In this document: one piece after another, positions 35,414 through 44,882 of the stretch
How the letters are laid out: each line of letters begins with the position of its first letter
How positions within the stretch are numbered: position 1 is the stretch's first letter
Assembly (NCBI GenBank): GCA_046595515.1
Contig: JBKJOV010000041.1
Coordinates: 3,039 to 67,038 of the forward strand
DNA: 64,000 nt
DNA from: Rhodoferax sp.
GTDB lineage: Bacteria > Pseudomonadota > Gammaproteobacteria > Burkholderiales > Burkholderiaceae_C
Reading direction: 5' to 3'
The notes under the pieces: model-generated
Databases searched by the model: none
What the model was told of the DNA's origin: nothing
Seen by the model: only the letters and a program-made list of their open reading frames with translations
Made by a program: the position numbers and the translations under genes

Positions 35414-36808
35414 ATGCACGCAGACCCTTCCCACACCCTTTCGACGGTACTCGTCATTGACGATAACGCCGCGGTGGGCGTTGCACTTGAGGTGTTGCTG
35501 TCTCTGCACGACATCGCCACCGTGGTGGCCGCCAGCCCGCAGGCCGGACTGGCCATCCTGGCCCAGGGCGGCATTGACCTGGTCATACAGGACATGAACT
35601 TTGCTGCCGACACCACCTCGGGCGAGGAGGGTATTGCGCTCTTTGGCGCCTTGCGGGAAGCCTATCCAGACCTGCCCGTGATCTTGCTTACTGCCTGGAC
35701 GCATCTGGATGCCGCGGTCGGGCTGATCAAAGCCGGTGCCGCCGACTATTTGGCGAAGCCCTGGAGTGACCAGCGCCTGATCACCTCGGTGCGCAACCTG
35801 CTGGAGCTGGGCCAGGCCAGCCGCGCGCTGCGCCAACACAGTGCCCGTGAGCGCCACCAACGCCAGGCGCTAGAGGGTCGTTTTGATCTGCGCGGCCTGG
35901 TGTGGGCCGACCCTATTACCGAGCGCTTGCTTAACTTAGCCTGCCAGGTGGCGCGGTCGGACGTGCCGGTGCTGCTGACTGGGCCCAACGGCGCAGGCAA
36001 GGAGCGCATTGCCGACATCATTCAGGCCAATTCCAGCAGCCGGGACGGTCCCTTTGTCATTCTGAACTGCGGTGCTTTGCCCAGCGAGTTGATTGAAGCC
36101 GAGCTGTTTGGTGCCGATGCGGGCGCCTACACCGGTGCCAACAAAGCGCGCGTCGGTAAGTTTGAAGCCGCCGATGGTGGCACCTTGTTTCTGGATGAAA
36201 TTGGCAACCTGCCGCTGGCCGGACAAATGAAGCTGCTGCGCGTGCTGGAGACGGGCCGGTTTGAGCGCTTGGGTTCCAACAAAGAGCGCCACGTCAAAGT
36301 ACGCATCATCAGCGCCACCAATGCCGACTTGTCCGCCATGATTGGCGCAGGCACGTTCCGTGAAGATTTGTACTACCGCCTCAACGTAATTGAGCTGCGC
36401 CTGCCCCCGTTGGCTGAGCGGCCGGGCGATATTTTGCCGCTGGCACAGCACTTTTTGGGGGCTACCAAAAGCCTACATGCCGATGCGCAGCAAGCCCTGC
36501 TGCGCCACGCCTGGCCGGGCAACGTGCGTGAGCTGAAAAACACCATGCAGCGTGCTGCGCTGCTGGCCCTAGGGGCGCAGCTGTCGTCGGCCGACTTGGG
36601 CCTGCCCGCGTGTGCCGCCGCCGCGCTGCGCTGGGATGCTGAACTAGACCGCGAAACCCTGGAAGCCAGCCTCAGCCGCGCAGGGGGCGTGGTGGCCCAT
36701 GCCGCTGCCGAACTGGGCCTGAGCCGCCAAGCCCTGTACCGGCGCATGGACCGCCTGGGCTTGGGCAAGGCCCCGGCAAGTGGCACAACGCAGGGGCGGG
36801 CCGCGTGA
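35414..36808 (+). CDS. sigma-54-dependent response regulator (NtrC-family enhancer-binding protein)
   Basis: Receiver domain (VLVIDDN...VIQDMNF), AAA+ Walker A GPNGAGKE, GAFTGA-type loop GAYTGA, and LFLDEIG. The C-terminal HTH is AAAELGLSRQALYRRM. Confidence 0.9.
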   Translation: MHADPSHTLSTVLVIDDNAAVGVALEVLLSLHDIATVVAASPQAGLAILAQGGIDLVIQDMNFAADTTSGEEGIALFGALREAYPDLPVILLTAWTHLDAAVGLIKAGAADYLAKPWSDQRLITSVRNLLELGQASRALRQHSARERHQRQALEGRFDLRGLVWADPITERLLNLACQVARSDVPVLLTGPNGAGKERIADIIQANSSSRDGPFVILNCGALPSELIEAELFGADAGAYTGANKARVGKFEAADGGTLFLDEIGNLPLAGQMKLLRVLETGRFERLGSNKERHVKVRIISATNADLSAMIGAGTFREDLYYRLNVIELRLPPLAERPGDILPLAQHFLGATKSLHADAQQALLRHAWPGNVRELKNTMQRAALLALGAQLSSADLGLPACAAAALRWDAELDRETLEASLSRAGGVVAHAAAELGLSRQALYRRMDRLGLGKAPASGTTQGRAA

Positions 36809-38178
36809 GCCTGCGTCCGCAGGACTGGCCGATTTCCCTGGCGGCGCGTGCCAGTGCCCTGGTGGCGCTACTGGTGTTGTTGGCGGTAGGCCTTGGCCTT
36901 GTTTTGGGCCAGTGGCTGCCCCAGGCACCTGGGCTGGTGGCACTGCTGACCCTGCTGGTGATGTTGCCGCTGGCGGTGGCCGTGGTGCGGCAGCAGTTGC
37001 AGCCTATGCTGTCGCTGTTTCGCGCTATGGCTGGCACGGTGACCACCTACCGCGACGGTGATTATTCGTTTGGCCTGGCCTGGCCGCGCAACGATGAGCT
37101 GCGCGATTTGGTCGATGCGCACAACGCCCTGGGCGAAACCTTGCGCGAGCAGCGCCTGAGCCTGGTGCAACGCGAACTGCTGCAAGACACTATGCTGCAG
37201 AACACCCCGGTGGCCATGCTGCTGGTGTGTGATGGTGGCCCGCTGGTGTATGCCAATGTGGCCGCACGCCAGTTGCTCAACCAAGGTAAGCGCATGGAGG
37301 GGCTGAGCCTGCAAGACCTGTTGCACCAAGCGGCAGAGCCCTTGCGCAAGGCCCTGCAGCGCGGGGGCGACGGGCTGTTTACCGTGGCTACCGAGCACGA
37401 TGAAGACACCTACCACCTGGCCCGCCGCAGCTTCACGCTCAATGGCCGCGCGCACGAGCTGCTGCTGCTGCGCCAGCTCACCGCTGAGCTGCGCCGCCAG
37501 GAGGTACAGACCTGGAAAAAAGTCATTCGGGTGATGAGCCACGAGCTCAATAACTCGCTGGCGCCCATGGCATCGCTGGCCCATTCGGGCGCGGAGCTGG
37601 TACGCCGCGGGCAAACCGAGCGGCTGCCCCATATTTTGGAGACCATTGCCGAGCGGGCCCGCCACCTAGAGAGCTTCATTGTGGGCTACGCCCGCTTTGC
37701 CAAGCTGCCCACCCCGAACCTAGAGGCCACGCCGTGGCCCGGCTTTATGGCGGGCTTGCAGGCCCAGCTCAGTTTTCAGGTGATCGACGGCCTGCCGGAT
37801 GACAGCGTTTGGATGGACCGCGCCCAAATAGAACAAGCCCTGCAGAACCTGATCCGCAACGCGCACGAGTCGGGGTCAGACGCCGCTGCCGTGCAAGTTT
37901 CGGTGCGCAAGCTGGCATACGACTACTTGGTGGAGGTGATGGACAGGGGCGCGGGCATGACCGACGCAGTGCTGACCCATGCGCTGGTTCCGTTTTATTC
38001 CACCAAACGCAGCGGCACGGGTTTGGGTCTGGCCCTCACGCGCGAGATCATTGAGGCACATGGCGGCAACATATCGCTGTCGAACCGCGAGGGCGGCGGC
38101 TTGGTGGTGAGTTTGACGCTGCCACGGTCAGCGGGTGCGCTGCCCGCGCGCGCTGCAGATGCTACAGAGGCTGGATGA
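36805..38178 (+). CDS. membrane sensor histidine kinase (partner of the NtrC-family regulator)
   Basis: Two TM helices, H-box MSHELNNSLAP, N-box NLIRNAHES, and G-boxes DRGAGM and GTGLGLAL. The GTG start overlaps the upstream stop. Confidence 0.85.
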   Translation: MSLRPQDWPISLAARASALVALLVLLAVGLGLVLGQWLPQAPGLVALLTLLVMLPLAVAVVRQQLQPMLSLFRAMAGTVTTYRDGDYSFGLAWPRNDELRDLVDAHNALGETLREQRLSLVQRELLQDTMLQNTPVAMLLVCDGGPLVYANVAARQLLNQGKRMEGLSLQDLLHQAAEPLRKALQRGGDGLFTVATEHDEDTYHLARRSFTLNGRAHELLLLRQLTAELRRQEVQTWKKVIRVMSHELNNSLAPMASLAHSGAELVRRGQTERLPHILETIAERARHLESFIVGYARFAKLPTPNLEATPWPGFMAGLQAQLSFQVIDGLPDDSVWMDRAQIEQALQNLIRNAHESGSDAAAVQVSVRKLAYDYLVEVMDRGAGMTDAVLTHALVPFYSTKRSGTGLGLALTREIIEAHGGNISLSNREGGGLVVSLTLPRSAGALPARAADATEAG

Positions 38179-38257
38179 GCCGCCAGAGCCTCAAAAAGCC
38201 GGTTTTGGGTAAAATTCAGAGTCAAATCGTGCTCTGCCCGGCGGATCCATTGAATAG

Positions 38258-38277
38258 TTTGCTATTGAATGCATAGC
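38258..38277. repeat. TTTGCTATTGAAT...ATAGC motif copy between convergent genes
   Basis: tttGCTATtgaatgcATAGC. It shares the exact 11-mer TTGCTATTGAA with 63564..63574. Confidence 0.5.
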
Positions 38278-38285
38278 GTTTTACG

Positions 38286-39812
38286 CTACAAGCGAAATAC
38301 GGCTACCGACTGGACCAGTCCTTCTGCCTGTTGCTTCAGGCTGCTGGCGGCGGCCGCCATCTCTTCCACCAGCGCAGCGTTCTGCTGCGTGGTGTGGTCC
38401 ATTTGTGACACGGCGTCGCCCACTTCTTGCACGCCCTGGCTTTGCTCGGTGCTGGCCGCGCTGATCTCGCCCATGATGTCGGTAACACGCTGAATACTGC
38501 TCACCACCTCGGCCATGGTGGTGCCCGCTTTGTCAACCAGTGCGGTGCCTTGCTCCACGCGCTCCACGCTGGCACCAATCAGGCTCTTGATTTCTCTGGC
38601 GGCCTGGGCACTGCGCCCGGCCAAAGACCGCACCTCACTGGCCACCACCGCAAAGCCACGCCCTTGTTCACCCGCCCGCGCGGCTTCTACCGCAGCGTTC
38701 AGCGCCAAGATGTTGGTCTGGAAGGCAATGCCATCAATCACGCTGATGATGTCGCTGATCTTGCGTGACGACGCGTTGATGCCCTTCATCGTCTCCACCA
38801 CCTGACCGACCACCTGACCGCCGTGTTCGGCCACGCGAGACGCCTGCAGCGCCAACTGGTTGGCTTGCAGGGCGCTCTGGGCGTTTTGCTGCACGGTTGC
38901 GCCAAGCTGCACCATAGAGGAGGAGGTTTTCTCCAGCGCGCTTGCTTGTTGCTCGGTGCGGTGGCTCAGGTCGTTGTTGCCCGACGCAATCTCGGCACTG
39001 CCGGTAGCCACGCCCTCGGCGTTGACCTTGACGGCCCGAACGATGCCAGAAAAGCTGGTCTGCATGCGGCCCATGGCGCTGAGCAACTGAAAGGTTTCAT
39101 CGTTACCCATGGGATGGACGGTGTTGGACAGATCGCCGTCGGCCAACTGATTGGCCACTTTTACGGCCTGGGCCATGGGCGTAGATATCTGGCCGGCCAG
39201 CCACAGCGATGCCCACGTGAGCACCGCGGCTGCGAACGCGATGCCGACACCGACCTGGATTTTGGCACTGCTGGAGCGCGCCGCCGCTTCATTGCCAAAG
39301 GCCTCGACATCCTTCTCAATGGCTGCGCTTTGTTCTTCCATTGCCACTTCCAGATTTTTGAACGCCTTTTGGAATTCGGGTACTGCAGCCTGCGCGCTGG
39401 CAGCATTGCCGGTGGCCATTTTCTGTATTTTGGTAGCCGTCTCTAAATAGGCGGTGAGTGCGGGTCCCACTTTGGCGGCGATGGCCTTCACGTCGCCGGA
39501 AATCGGCAGGGCTTGCATGTCAACAATGGCTTTGACAAAGGTGGCGGAATGCACGGTGAGGTCTTTTTGTGCCTCGGCAAGGCCGGCAGCGTCTTGGGTT
39601 TGGGCACTGAGCAGTGCCAGCAACACATCGCCGCGAATGGCATCGTGCATCATGTCGGCCTCTTGGCTTTTTTGCAGCGCAAGGCCGGTGTTGATAGAGT
39701 CGCCAAAAGCGTGGGACAACTGGTTAGCGTTGAGCAGACCCGCGCCGCCCACCACCGCAGTCATGATCAGTCCTACGACGCCCAGGGCCAGAATTTGTGT
39801 GCGAAGGTTCAT
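38286..39812 (-). CDS. methyl-accepting chemotaxis protein
   Basis: Two TM helices with a periplasmic sensor, HAMP, and the highly conserved signalling hairpin ([37 protein letters not shown]). ATG 39812 has a ggggag RBS. Confidence 0.9.
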   Translation of the reverse strand: MNLRTQILALGVVGLIMTAVVGGAGLLNANQLSHAFGDSINTGLALQKSQEADMMHDAIRGDVLLALLSAQTQDAAGLAEAQKDLTVHSATFVKAIVDMQALPISGDVKAIAAKVGPALTAYLETATKIQKMATGNAASAQAAVPEFQKAFKNLEVAMEEQSAAIEKDVEAFGNEAAARSSSAKIQVGVGIAFAAAVLTWASLWLAGQISTPMAQAVKVANQLADGDLSNTVHPMGNDETFQLLSAMGRMQTSFSGIVRAVKVNAEGVATGSAEIASGNNDLSHRTEQQASALEKTSSSMVQLGATVQQNAQSALQANQLALQASRVAEHGGQVVGQVVETMKGINASSRKISDIISVIDGIAFQTNILALNAAVEAARAGEQGRGFAVVASEVRSLAGRSAQAAREIKSLIGASVERVEQGTALVDKAGTTMAEVVSSIQRVTDIMGEISAASTEQSQGVQEVGDAVSQMDHTTQQNAALVEEMAAAASSLKQQAEGLVQSVAVFRL

Positions 39813-39889
39813 TTGTCGTGCTCCCCAATTTAAGTGTGTCAATGCTAGGCAATCGATCTCAAAACAGCGATCGCTGTGTGCGTCAGCGG

Positions 39890-40369
39890 TCAGTCAAAGT
39901 CCACTTCGCCGCCAAAGCGCGCGCACAAGTTGGCGATGTAGGCTTCCGTCAGCCGTTCAAACTCGCCCTCTACAACGGGTTGAACCACCACTTTCATCAA
40001 TGAAGGCAGGGGCAGGGTGACGGTGCCTTCAATGGTGAGTACCAGGTGGGTGGACTTGCCTTGGCTGCTGATTTGCCACTGACCAGCTACCTGAGCGTTC
40101 CCGACACCGGGCACGGGTGTCCAACGCACCGTGCCATTTTTACGATGGGCGGTGTAGCGTGACGCATAGATGATCTGCAGACTGATCTGGTCTACGCCCA
40201 CCGGCTCCATGTCCCAGCGGTAGGTGTTGTCGCCCAGGTCTGCAAGCGCCTGCACTTGGGGATAAAAGCTGGCCGAGGTGGGCACATCGCTCAGCACATC
40301 AAATACTTGCTTGGCGGTAGCCTTCACCGCAAATTCGTAACCAAGCTCAAGGGTCAAGGTGATGGACAT
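39890..40369 (-). CDS. SRPBCC-superfamily (CoxG / polyketide-cyclase-like) protein
   Basis: About 160 aa. [29 protein letters not shown] is a START/Bet-v1-like pattern. The ORF-track N-extension was rejected. Confidence 0.5.
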   Translation of the reverse strand: MSITLTLELGYEFAVKATAKQVFDVLSDVPTSASFYPQVQALADLGDNTYRWDMEPVGVDQISLQIIYASRYTAHRKNGTVRWTPVPGVGNAQVAGQWQISSQGKSTHLVLTIEGTVTLPLPSLMKVVVQPVVEGEFERLTEAYIANLCARFGGEVDFD

Positions 40370-40585
40370 AAACACTCCAAGGGTCGGTGGTCTCTTGGCA
40401 TAGTACTGCACCCATGCTGCGCGGCAGTGGCAGCACCGCGTGGCGTGCGGGGCGCCTGCTTGGGTGGGTTGGCGGCGGTTTTCGGTGATCCGTCGCACAA
40501 CAGGTGACGCAAGCGTGCGGCCTTAGCACACTGGCGGCACGGTGTTGGGGATAGGCCCCAATGCCATACCTTAGATGGAGCTCCG

Positions 40586-41044
40586 ATGCGACCGACTGTT
40601 TTCATGATCTTCAAATGGCTACCCCAGGCGTGCGCTGCTGCCGTCCTGCTCTGGCCGGCCAGTTACGCCAGCGCCCAGCCGCCGGTAACCACACCAGCGC
40701 GGTGTATCGACGTTAAATTAGTCAACCTGGTGGAGGGCCAAGGAAGCATCAAGCTGGCGGTTTGGGGCAGCGCAGAAGCCTATTTCAAAGCCCCGCTGGT
40801 GTTGCGTCAGATCAAGGCGCAGGGCGCGGTGATGCGTGTGCCGGTGTGCGGGCTGGATGCCAAAGAAATCGCAATCACGGTGTACCAAGACCTGAATGAC
40901 AACGGCAAGATGGATCGCAATTCTTTGGGTATTCCGAGCGAGCCCTACGGCGCGTCAGGCACCCCACCGATGTTTAGTGCCCCCACCTGGGAGACCACCA
41001 AGCTGGTCTGGGTTGCGGATCAAACGATCGAAATTCGCCTCTGA
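40586..41044 (+). CDS. secreted DUF2141-like protein
   Basis: Signal peptide, followed by VYQDLNDNGKMDRNSLGIPSEPYGASG, which is typical of DUF2141 as I remember it. Confidence 0.5.
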   Translation: MRPTVFMIFKWLPQACAAAVLLWPASYASAQPPVTTPARCIDVKLVNLVEGQGSIKLAVWGSAEAYFKAPLVLRQIKAQGAVMRVPVCGLDAKEIAITVYQDLNDNGKMDRNSLGIPSEPYGASGTPPMFSAPTWETTKLVWVADQTIEIRL

Positions 41045-41069
41045 TGTCGAGCGGTAGTCGGGCCGCGCA

Positions 41070-41648
41070 TCAAGCGTGCCCGCGCAGGCGCAGCAGGGTG
41101 AGTTGCAAAAGGCGTGCATCGGCGCTGGCCCGGTGGCGCTGGGCGCCGCGTTCACGCGTCACCTGCGCCTTCACCACATGCCACTGGTCCGCCTCAGCGT
41201 CGCTTAGCAGAGCGCGCAGGTTTTCCAGTTTGAAGTGCGGGCTCATGTCGGCTGCGTCAAACAGTGCGCCCAACCAGGTGTAGTCATTGGCCCAGCCGTC
41301 GGAATACACGGTTTGGCCGGCCAACTGCAGGTTGAGCTGGTGTGCCACGGCCTGGGCGGGCAGGCCGCGCTCCAGCACGATACGGCGGGGAATATGGTGG
41401 GTGGCTTCGGCTTGTGCGTCCCAATGCGTCCAGTGCGCCTCGGGTTTGACCAAGCTGCAGTAAGCGTGGCCATTGGGCAGAACAAAGCCAACCTCAATGG
41501 GGTAACTGTTGCGCCCGAAGCCAGAGGCCTCGACATCCAGCACCGTGGGGGCTGGCAGGGGCGCACCAGGCGCTGCCACCAAAATGGCCGACCGCCCGGT
41601 GCCCTGCGGGGGTGTGCGGTCAGGATGGTGCGGGATGGGCGGCTGCAT
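41070..41648 (-). CDS. DEDDh-type 3'-5' exonuclease-like protein
   Basis: Exo I VLDVEASGF, Exo II VYSDGWANDYTWL and Exo III HRASADA. The start is uncertain: ATG 41648, or the TTG/GTG pair about 50-55 nt further in. The 361-aa ORF-track version is an antisense extension. Confidence 0.6.
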   Translation of the reverse strand: MQPPIPHHPDRTPPQGTGRSAILVAAPGAPLPAPTVLDVEASGFGRNSYPIEVGFVLPNGHAYCSLVKPEAHWTHWDAQAEATHHIPRRIVLERGLPAQAVAHQLNLQLAGQTVYSDGWANDYTWLGALFDAADMSPHFKLENLRALLSDAEADQWHVVKAQVTRERGAQRHRASADARLLQLTLLRLRGHA

Positions 41649-41667
41649 AGCTGGTAAATTATGGCCC

Positions 41668-42603
41668 ATGCCCAGTACCTTACTCGCCCTTATTGATGAC
41701 ATCGCCACCGTGTTGGACGATGTTGCCATTCTCTCCAAAGTAGCCGCCAAAAAAACCGCCGGGGTTTTGGGCGATGACTTGGCCCTCAATGCGCAACAGG
41801 TCTCTGGCGTGAGCGCTGACCGTGAGCTGCCCGTGGTGTGGGCGGTCTGCAAAGGGTCTTTGCTGAACAAACTAATCTTGGTGCCGACTGCGCTGGGCAT
41901 CAGTATTGTGGCGCCGTGGCTGGTGACACCCCTGTTGATGATTGGCGGGGCGTACTTGTGTTTTGAGGGGTTTGAAAAACTGGCGCACAAGTTTTTGCAC
42001 AGCGCCGCCGAAGACCGCGCGCACGACGCGGCGCTGATGGCGGCGTTGGTCGATCCGGCGGTGGATCTGCTGGCGGTGGAGCGCGACAAGATCAAGGGCG
42101 CCATCCGCACCGATTTCGTGTTGTCAGCCGAAATCATCGCGATTACGCTGGGCACGGTGCAAAGCCAAGACTGGACAACCCAGCTCTACGTGCTGAGCAG
42201 CATTGCGCTCTTGATGACGTTTGGCGTGTATGGCTTTGTGGCAGGCATTGTGAAGATTGACGACCTGGGCCTGTACCTGACCCACAGGCCGGGTGAAGGT
42301 GCTGGCCGCCGCCTGCAGCGCAGCATGGGTGGTGGCCTGTTGTGGGCGGCGCCCTGGCTGATGAAGACGCTGGGTGTGGTGGGCACTGCGGCCATGTTTC
42401 TGGTGGGTGGCGGCATTTTGGTGCACGGATTGGGGCCAGTACACCATGCGATTCAGGCGCTGGTGGCACACGCCGCAGGTGCCGGTGCTGCGGTGCAGTG
42501 GCTACTGCCCGTGCTGGCCGATGGGGTGGTCGGCATAGTGGCCGGAGCGCTGGTGCTGGCGGGTTGGATGCTGGTACAAAAAATGCGTGCTGTTTTTAAG
42601 TAA
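41668..42603 (+). CDS. DUF808 (YedI-like) inner-membrane protein
   Basis: MPSTLLALIDDIATVLDDVAILSKVAAKKTAGVLGDDLALNAQQVSGV closely parallels the E. coli YedI N-terminus. Confidence 0.75.
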   Translation: MPSTLLALIDDIATVLDDVAILSKVAAKKTAGVLGDDLALNAQQVSGVSADRELPVVWAVCKGSLLNKLILVPTALGISIVAPWLVTPLLMIGGAYLCFEGFEKLAHKFLHSAAEDRAHDAALMAALVDPAVDLLAVERDKIKGAIRTDFVLSAEIIAITLGTVQSQDWTTQLYVLSSIALLMTFGVYGFVAGIVKIDDLGLYLTHRPGEGAGRRLQRSMGGGLLWAAPWLMKTLGVVGTAAMFLVGGGILVHGLGPVHHAIQALVAHAAGAGAAVQWLLPVLADGVVGIVAGALVLAGWMLVQKMRAVFK

Positions 42604-42606
42604 ATA

Positions 42607-43542
42607 GTGGCTGGAGCCCGGGTGAAATATGGCGAAGTAGCTCCTAAAAGTGTAGCAAGCGGACTACTGTTGGCCACCCTGGGTGCCGTCGCCTTCAGCG
42701 GCAAGGCGATCATTGTCAAGTTGGCCTACCGCTACGGGGTGGACGCGGTCACCCTCATCATGCTGCGCATGCTGTTTGCGCTGCCTTTCTTTGCGGTAAT
42801 GGTGTGGTGGTCGGCCCGCCCGCGCCACGGCGTGTCCGCAACGCTACTGACCGGCAAAGATTGGCTGGGCGTGCTGGGGCTGGGCATTACCGGCTACTAC
42901 TTGGCCAGCTTTCTGGACTTTGCCGGGCTGCAGTACATCACCGCGTCCCTAGAGCGCCTCATCTTGTACCTCAACCCCACCTTGGTGCTGCTGCTGGGCT
43001 GGGGGCTGCTGGGTCGGCGTATCAGCCGCAAACAGGCGCTGGGTATGGCCATCAGTTACAGCGGTGTGCTGTTGGTGTTTGGGCACGAGGTCACCTTGCA
43101 GGGGGCGGATGTCGGCTTGGGGGCGTTGCTGGTTTTTCTGAGTGCGGTGAGCTATGCCATGTATCTGTTTTACAGCGGCGAGATGGTGCAACGCCTGGGC
43201 TCGCTGCGCCTGGTGGGGCTGGCAACTTCGGTGGCATGTGTGCTGTGCATTGCACAGTATGTGCTGCTGCGCCCCCTGGATACGGTGCTTAGCGTGGCGC
43301 CCCAGGTGCTGTGGTTGTCGGTGGTGAACGCCACGCTGTGCACGGTAGTGCCCGTGGTGCTGGTGATGCTGGCCATAGAGCGCATAGGCTCCGGCCTGGC
43401 GGCGCAGGCGGGCATGGTCGGGCCGATGTCGACGATGCTGATGGGTGTACTGCTGCTGGGCGAGCCCCTGACCGGCTGGCTGGTGCTAGGCACCGGTCTG
43501 GTGTTGGCGGGTGTGGCTGTGTGTAGCCGCGCGCGCGGCTAA
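42607..43542 (+). CDS. DMT-superfamily (EamA) transporter
   Basis: Ten-TM profile with two EamA halves. GTG start; 42622 is an alternative. Confidence 0.7.
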   Translation: MAGARVKYGEVAPKSVASGLLLATLGAVAFSGKAIIVKLAYRYGVDAVTLIMLRMLFALPFFAVMVWWSARPRHGVSATLLTGKDWLGVLGLGITGYYLASFLDFAGLQYITASLERLILYLNPTLVLLLGWGLLGRRISRKQALGMAISYSGVLLVFGHEVTLQGADVGLGALLVFLSAVSYAMYLFYSGEMVQRLGSLRLVGLATSVACVLCIAQYVLLRPLDTVLSVAPQVLWLSVVNATLCTVVPVVLVMLAIERIGSGLAAQAGMVGPMSTMLMGVLLLGEPLTGWLVLGTGLVLAGVAVCSRARG

Positions 43543-44792
43543 CCCGCCTCGCCTTGCAACTGGTCGGCCCACACCAGTGCCTCCATGTGGGCCAGGTTGA
43601 TCTGGCGGTAGGTCAAATTCATGTGCCCGGCCGCGGCCGAGAACAATTCCCCATCGTCACTTTCACAGGCAATGGCCATTTGCAGCAGGGGCGAAAATTT
43701 ACCCGACTGGTGCAGCAAAGTTTCAGTGATGCCGTCGTCCAGTTGCACCATGTTCAGTGCCTCGGACAAGGTACAGCCCAGTAAGCGGTCAAGCTGCGAA
43801 AACAGCCCAATCAAGAAAGCTGGCTCCGTGTCTGTCGGGCCCATGGCATGTTCGGCCAGTAACTCCATCATGCGGGCGCGCACCACGGCGGTGGCGCCGG
43901 TCAACGATGCTTTTCCGCTGCTGCCGGCCGTCATCAAAACGGCGGCCCACTTTTGAAGCTTCTTGGTCCCCAGCAATCTCACCGCTTGCCGTATGGAGTC
44001 CACCCTTTGCTCGCGGGCAAACGCGGCGGCGTTGACGATGCGCAGCAAATTGAAGCTCAGCGTGACATCTTTCTTGATCATTGCGGTGATGTCGTCGATC
44101 TCAGCATCGTTGTGGAGCAGATTGAAGAGCTGCAGTGCGCCGATTTGGCTGGGGTTCAGGGTTTTGGTTCTGACTATTTCGGGGTGTGACACCCAGTAGC
44201 CCTGGAAAAAAAGAAAACCAGCGTCGCGCAGCACTTCAAATTGGGCCACGGACTCCACGCGCTCGGCGATAGAGAGCGCCCCCGTGCGCGTGTGGATGGC
44301 ATGCGTCAGCGGCTTCATCTTCTGGGCATCTATAGCGCTGCTGTCCACCTTGACAAAGTCTGCCAACGCATGCCAAGACTTGTATTGCGGTGCCACCACC
44401 CAGTAACCAAACGCCAGCCGAAAACCGCGTTCGCGCAGGGGCAGCAACACGGCAGCAATGGACTCGATTTGCTCGGGTTGGTGCATTGCCACCGCCGGAA
44501 TCTCAATCACCGTTCTGCGGGCGTTGAGAAAATCCCAGTGTTCGCCCGACAAGCCTTCATGCGTAGTGTTCACAAAAAGGTCCATGCCCTTGGCCGCCAC
44601 CGACGTGCCGCTCTGGGCCAGCGCGTGCAGCACCATGGATACATCGCTGGCCAGCGAATGGTTGCTTGAATTTTGCGAGCGGTTGAACAGCTCGTAGCCG
44701 ATGACGGTCTGATCGGCGTCCACAATGGGCTGGCGGGCAATCGACAGGTCGTTGCCGTTTGCTGCGTTATCGGTATCGGGTTCGACTGCCAA
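43539..44792 (-). CDS. EAL plus HDOD domain signalling protein
   Basis: N-terminal EAL-like half (QPIVD...GYELF...FVNT..., GFLFFQGYW) and a C-terminal HDOD-like half (LFNLLHND...LLRIVNAAAF). Confidence 0.7.
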   Translation of the reverse strand: MAVEPDTDNAANGNDLSIARQPIVDADQTVIGYELFNRSQNSSNHSLASDVSMVLHALAQSGTSVAAKGMDLFVNTTHEGLSGEHWDFLNARRTVIEIPAVAMHQPEQIESIAAVLLPLRERGFRLAFGYWVVAPQYKSWHALADFVKVDSSAIDAQKMKPLTHAIHTRTGALSIAERVESVAQFEVLRDAGFLFFQGYWVSHPEIVRTKTLNPSQIGALQLFNLLHNDAEIDDITAMIKKDVTLSFNLLRIVNAAAFAREQRVDSIRQAVRLLGTKKLQKWAAVLMTAGSSGKASLTGATAVVRARMMELLAEHAMGPTDTEPAFLIGLFSQLDRLLGCTLSEALNMVQLDDGITETLLHQSGKFSPLLQMAIACESDDGELFSAAAGHMNLTYRQINLAHMEALVWADQLQGEAG

Positions 44793-44882
44793 GTTGCCGC
44801 ACTCCTGCCAGGGGTGAAATCGTTTGCTGTGGAGCCTATGCTAACGCGGCAGCCCAATGCGGGTTTTGGGGCCGGGTATTCA

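Noticed and set aside
41649-42155. N-terminal 170 aa of the 361-aa ORF 41070..42155
   Set aside because: This part is antisense to the DUF808/YedI-like gene and has no exonuclease similarity. The real gene most likely starts at or after 41648.
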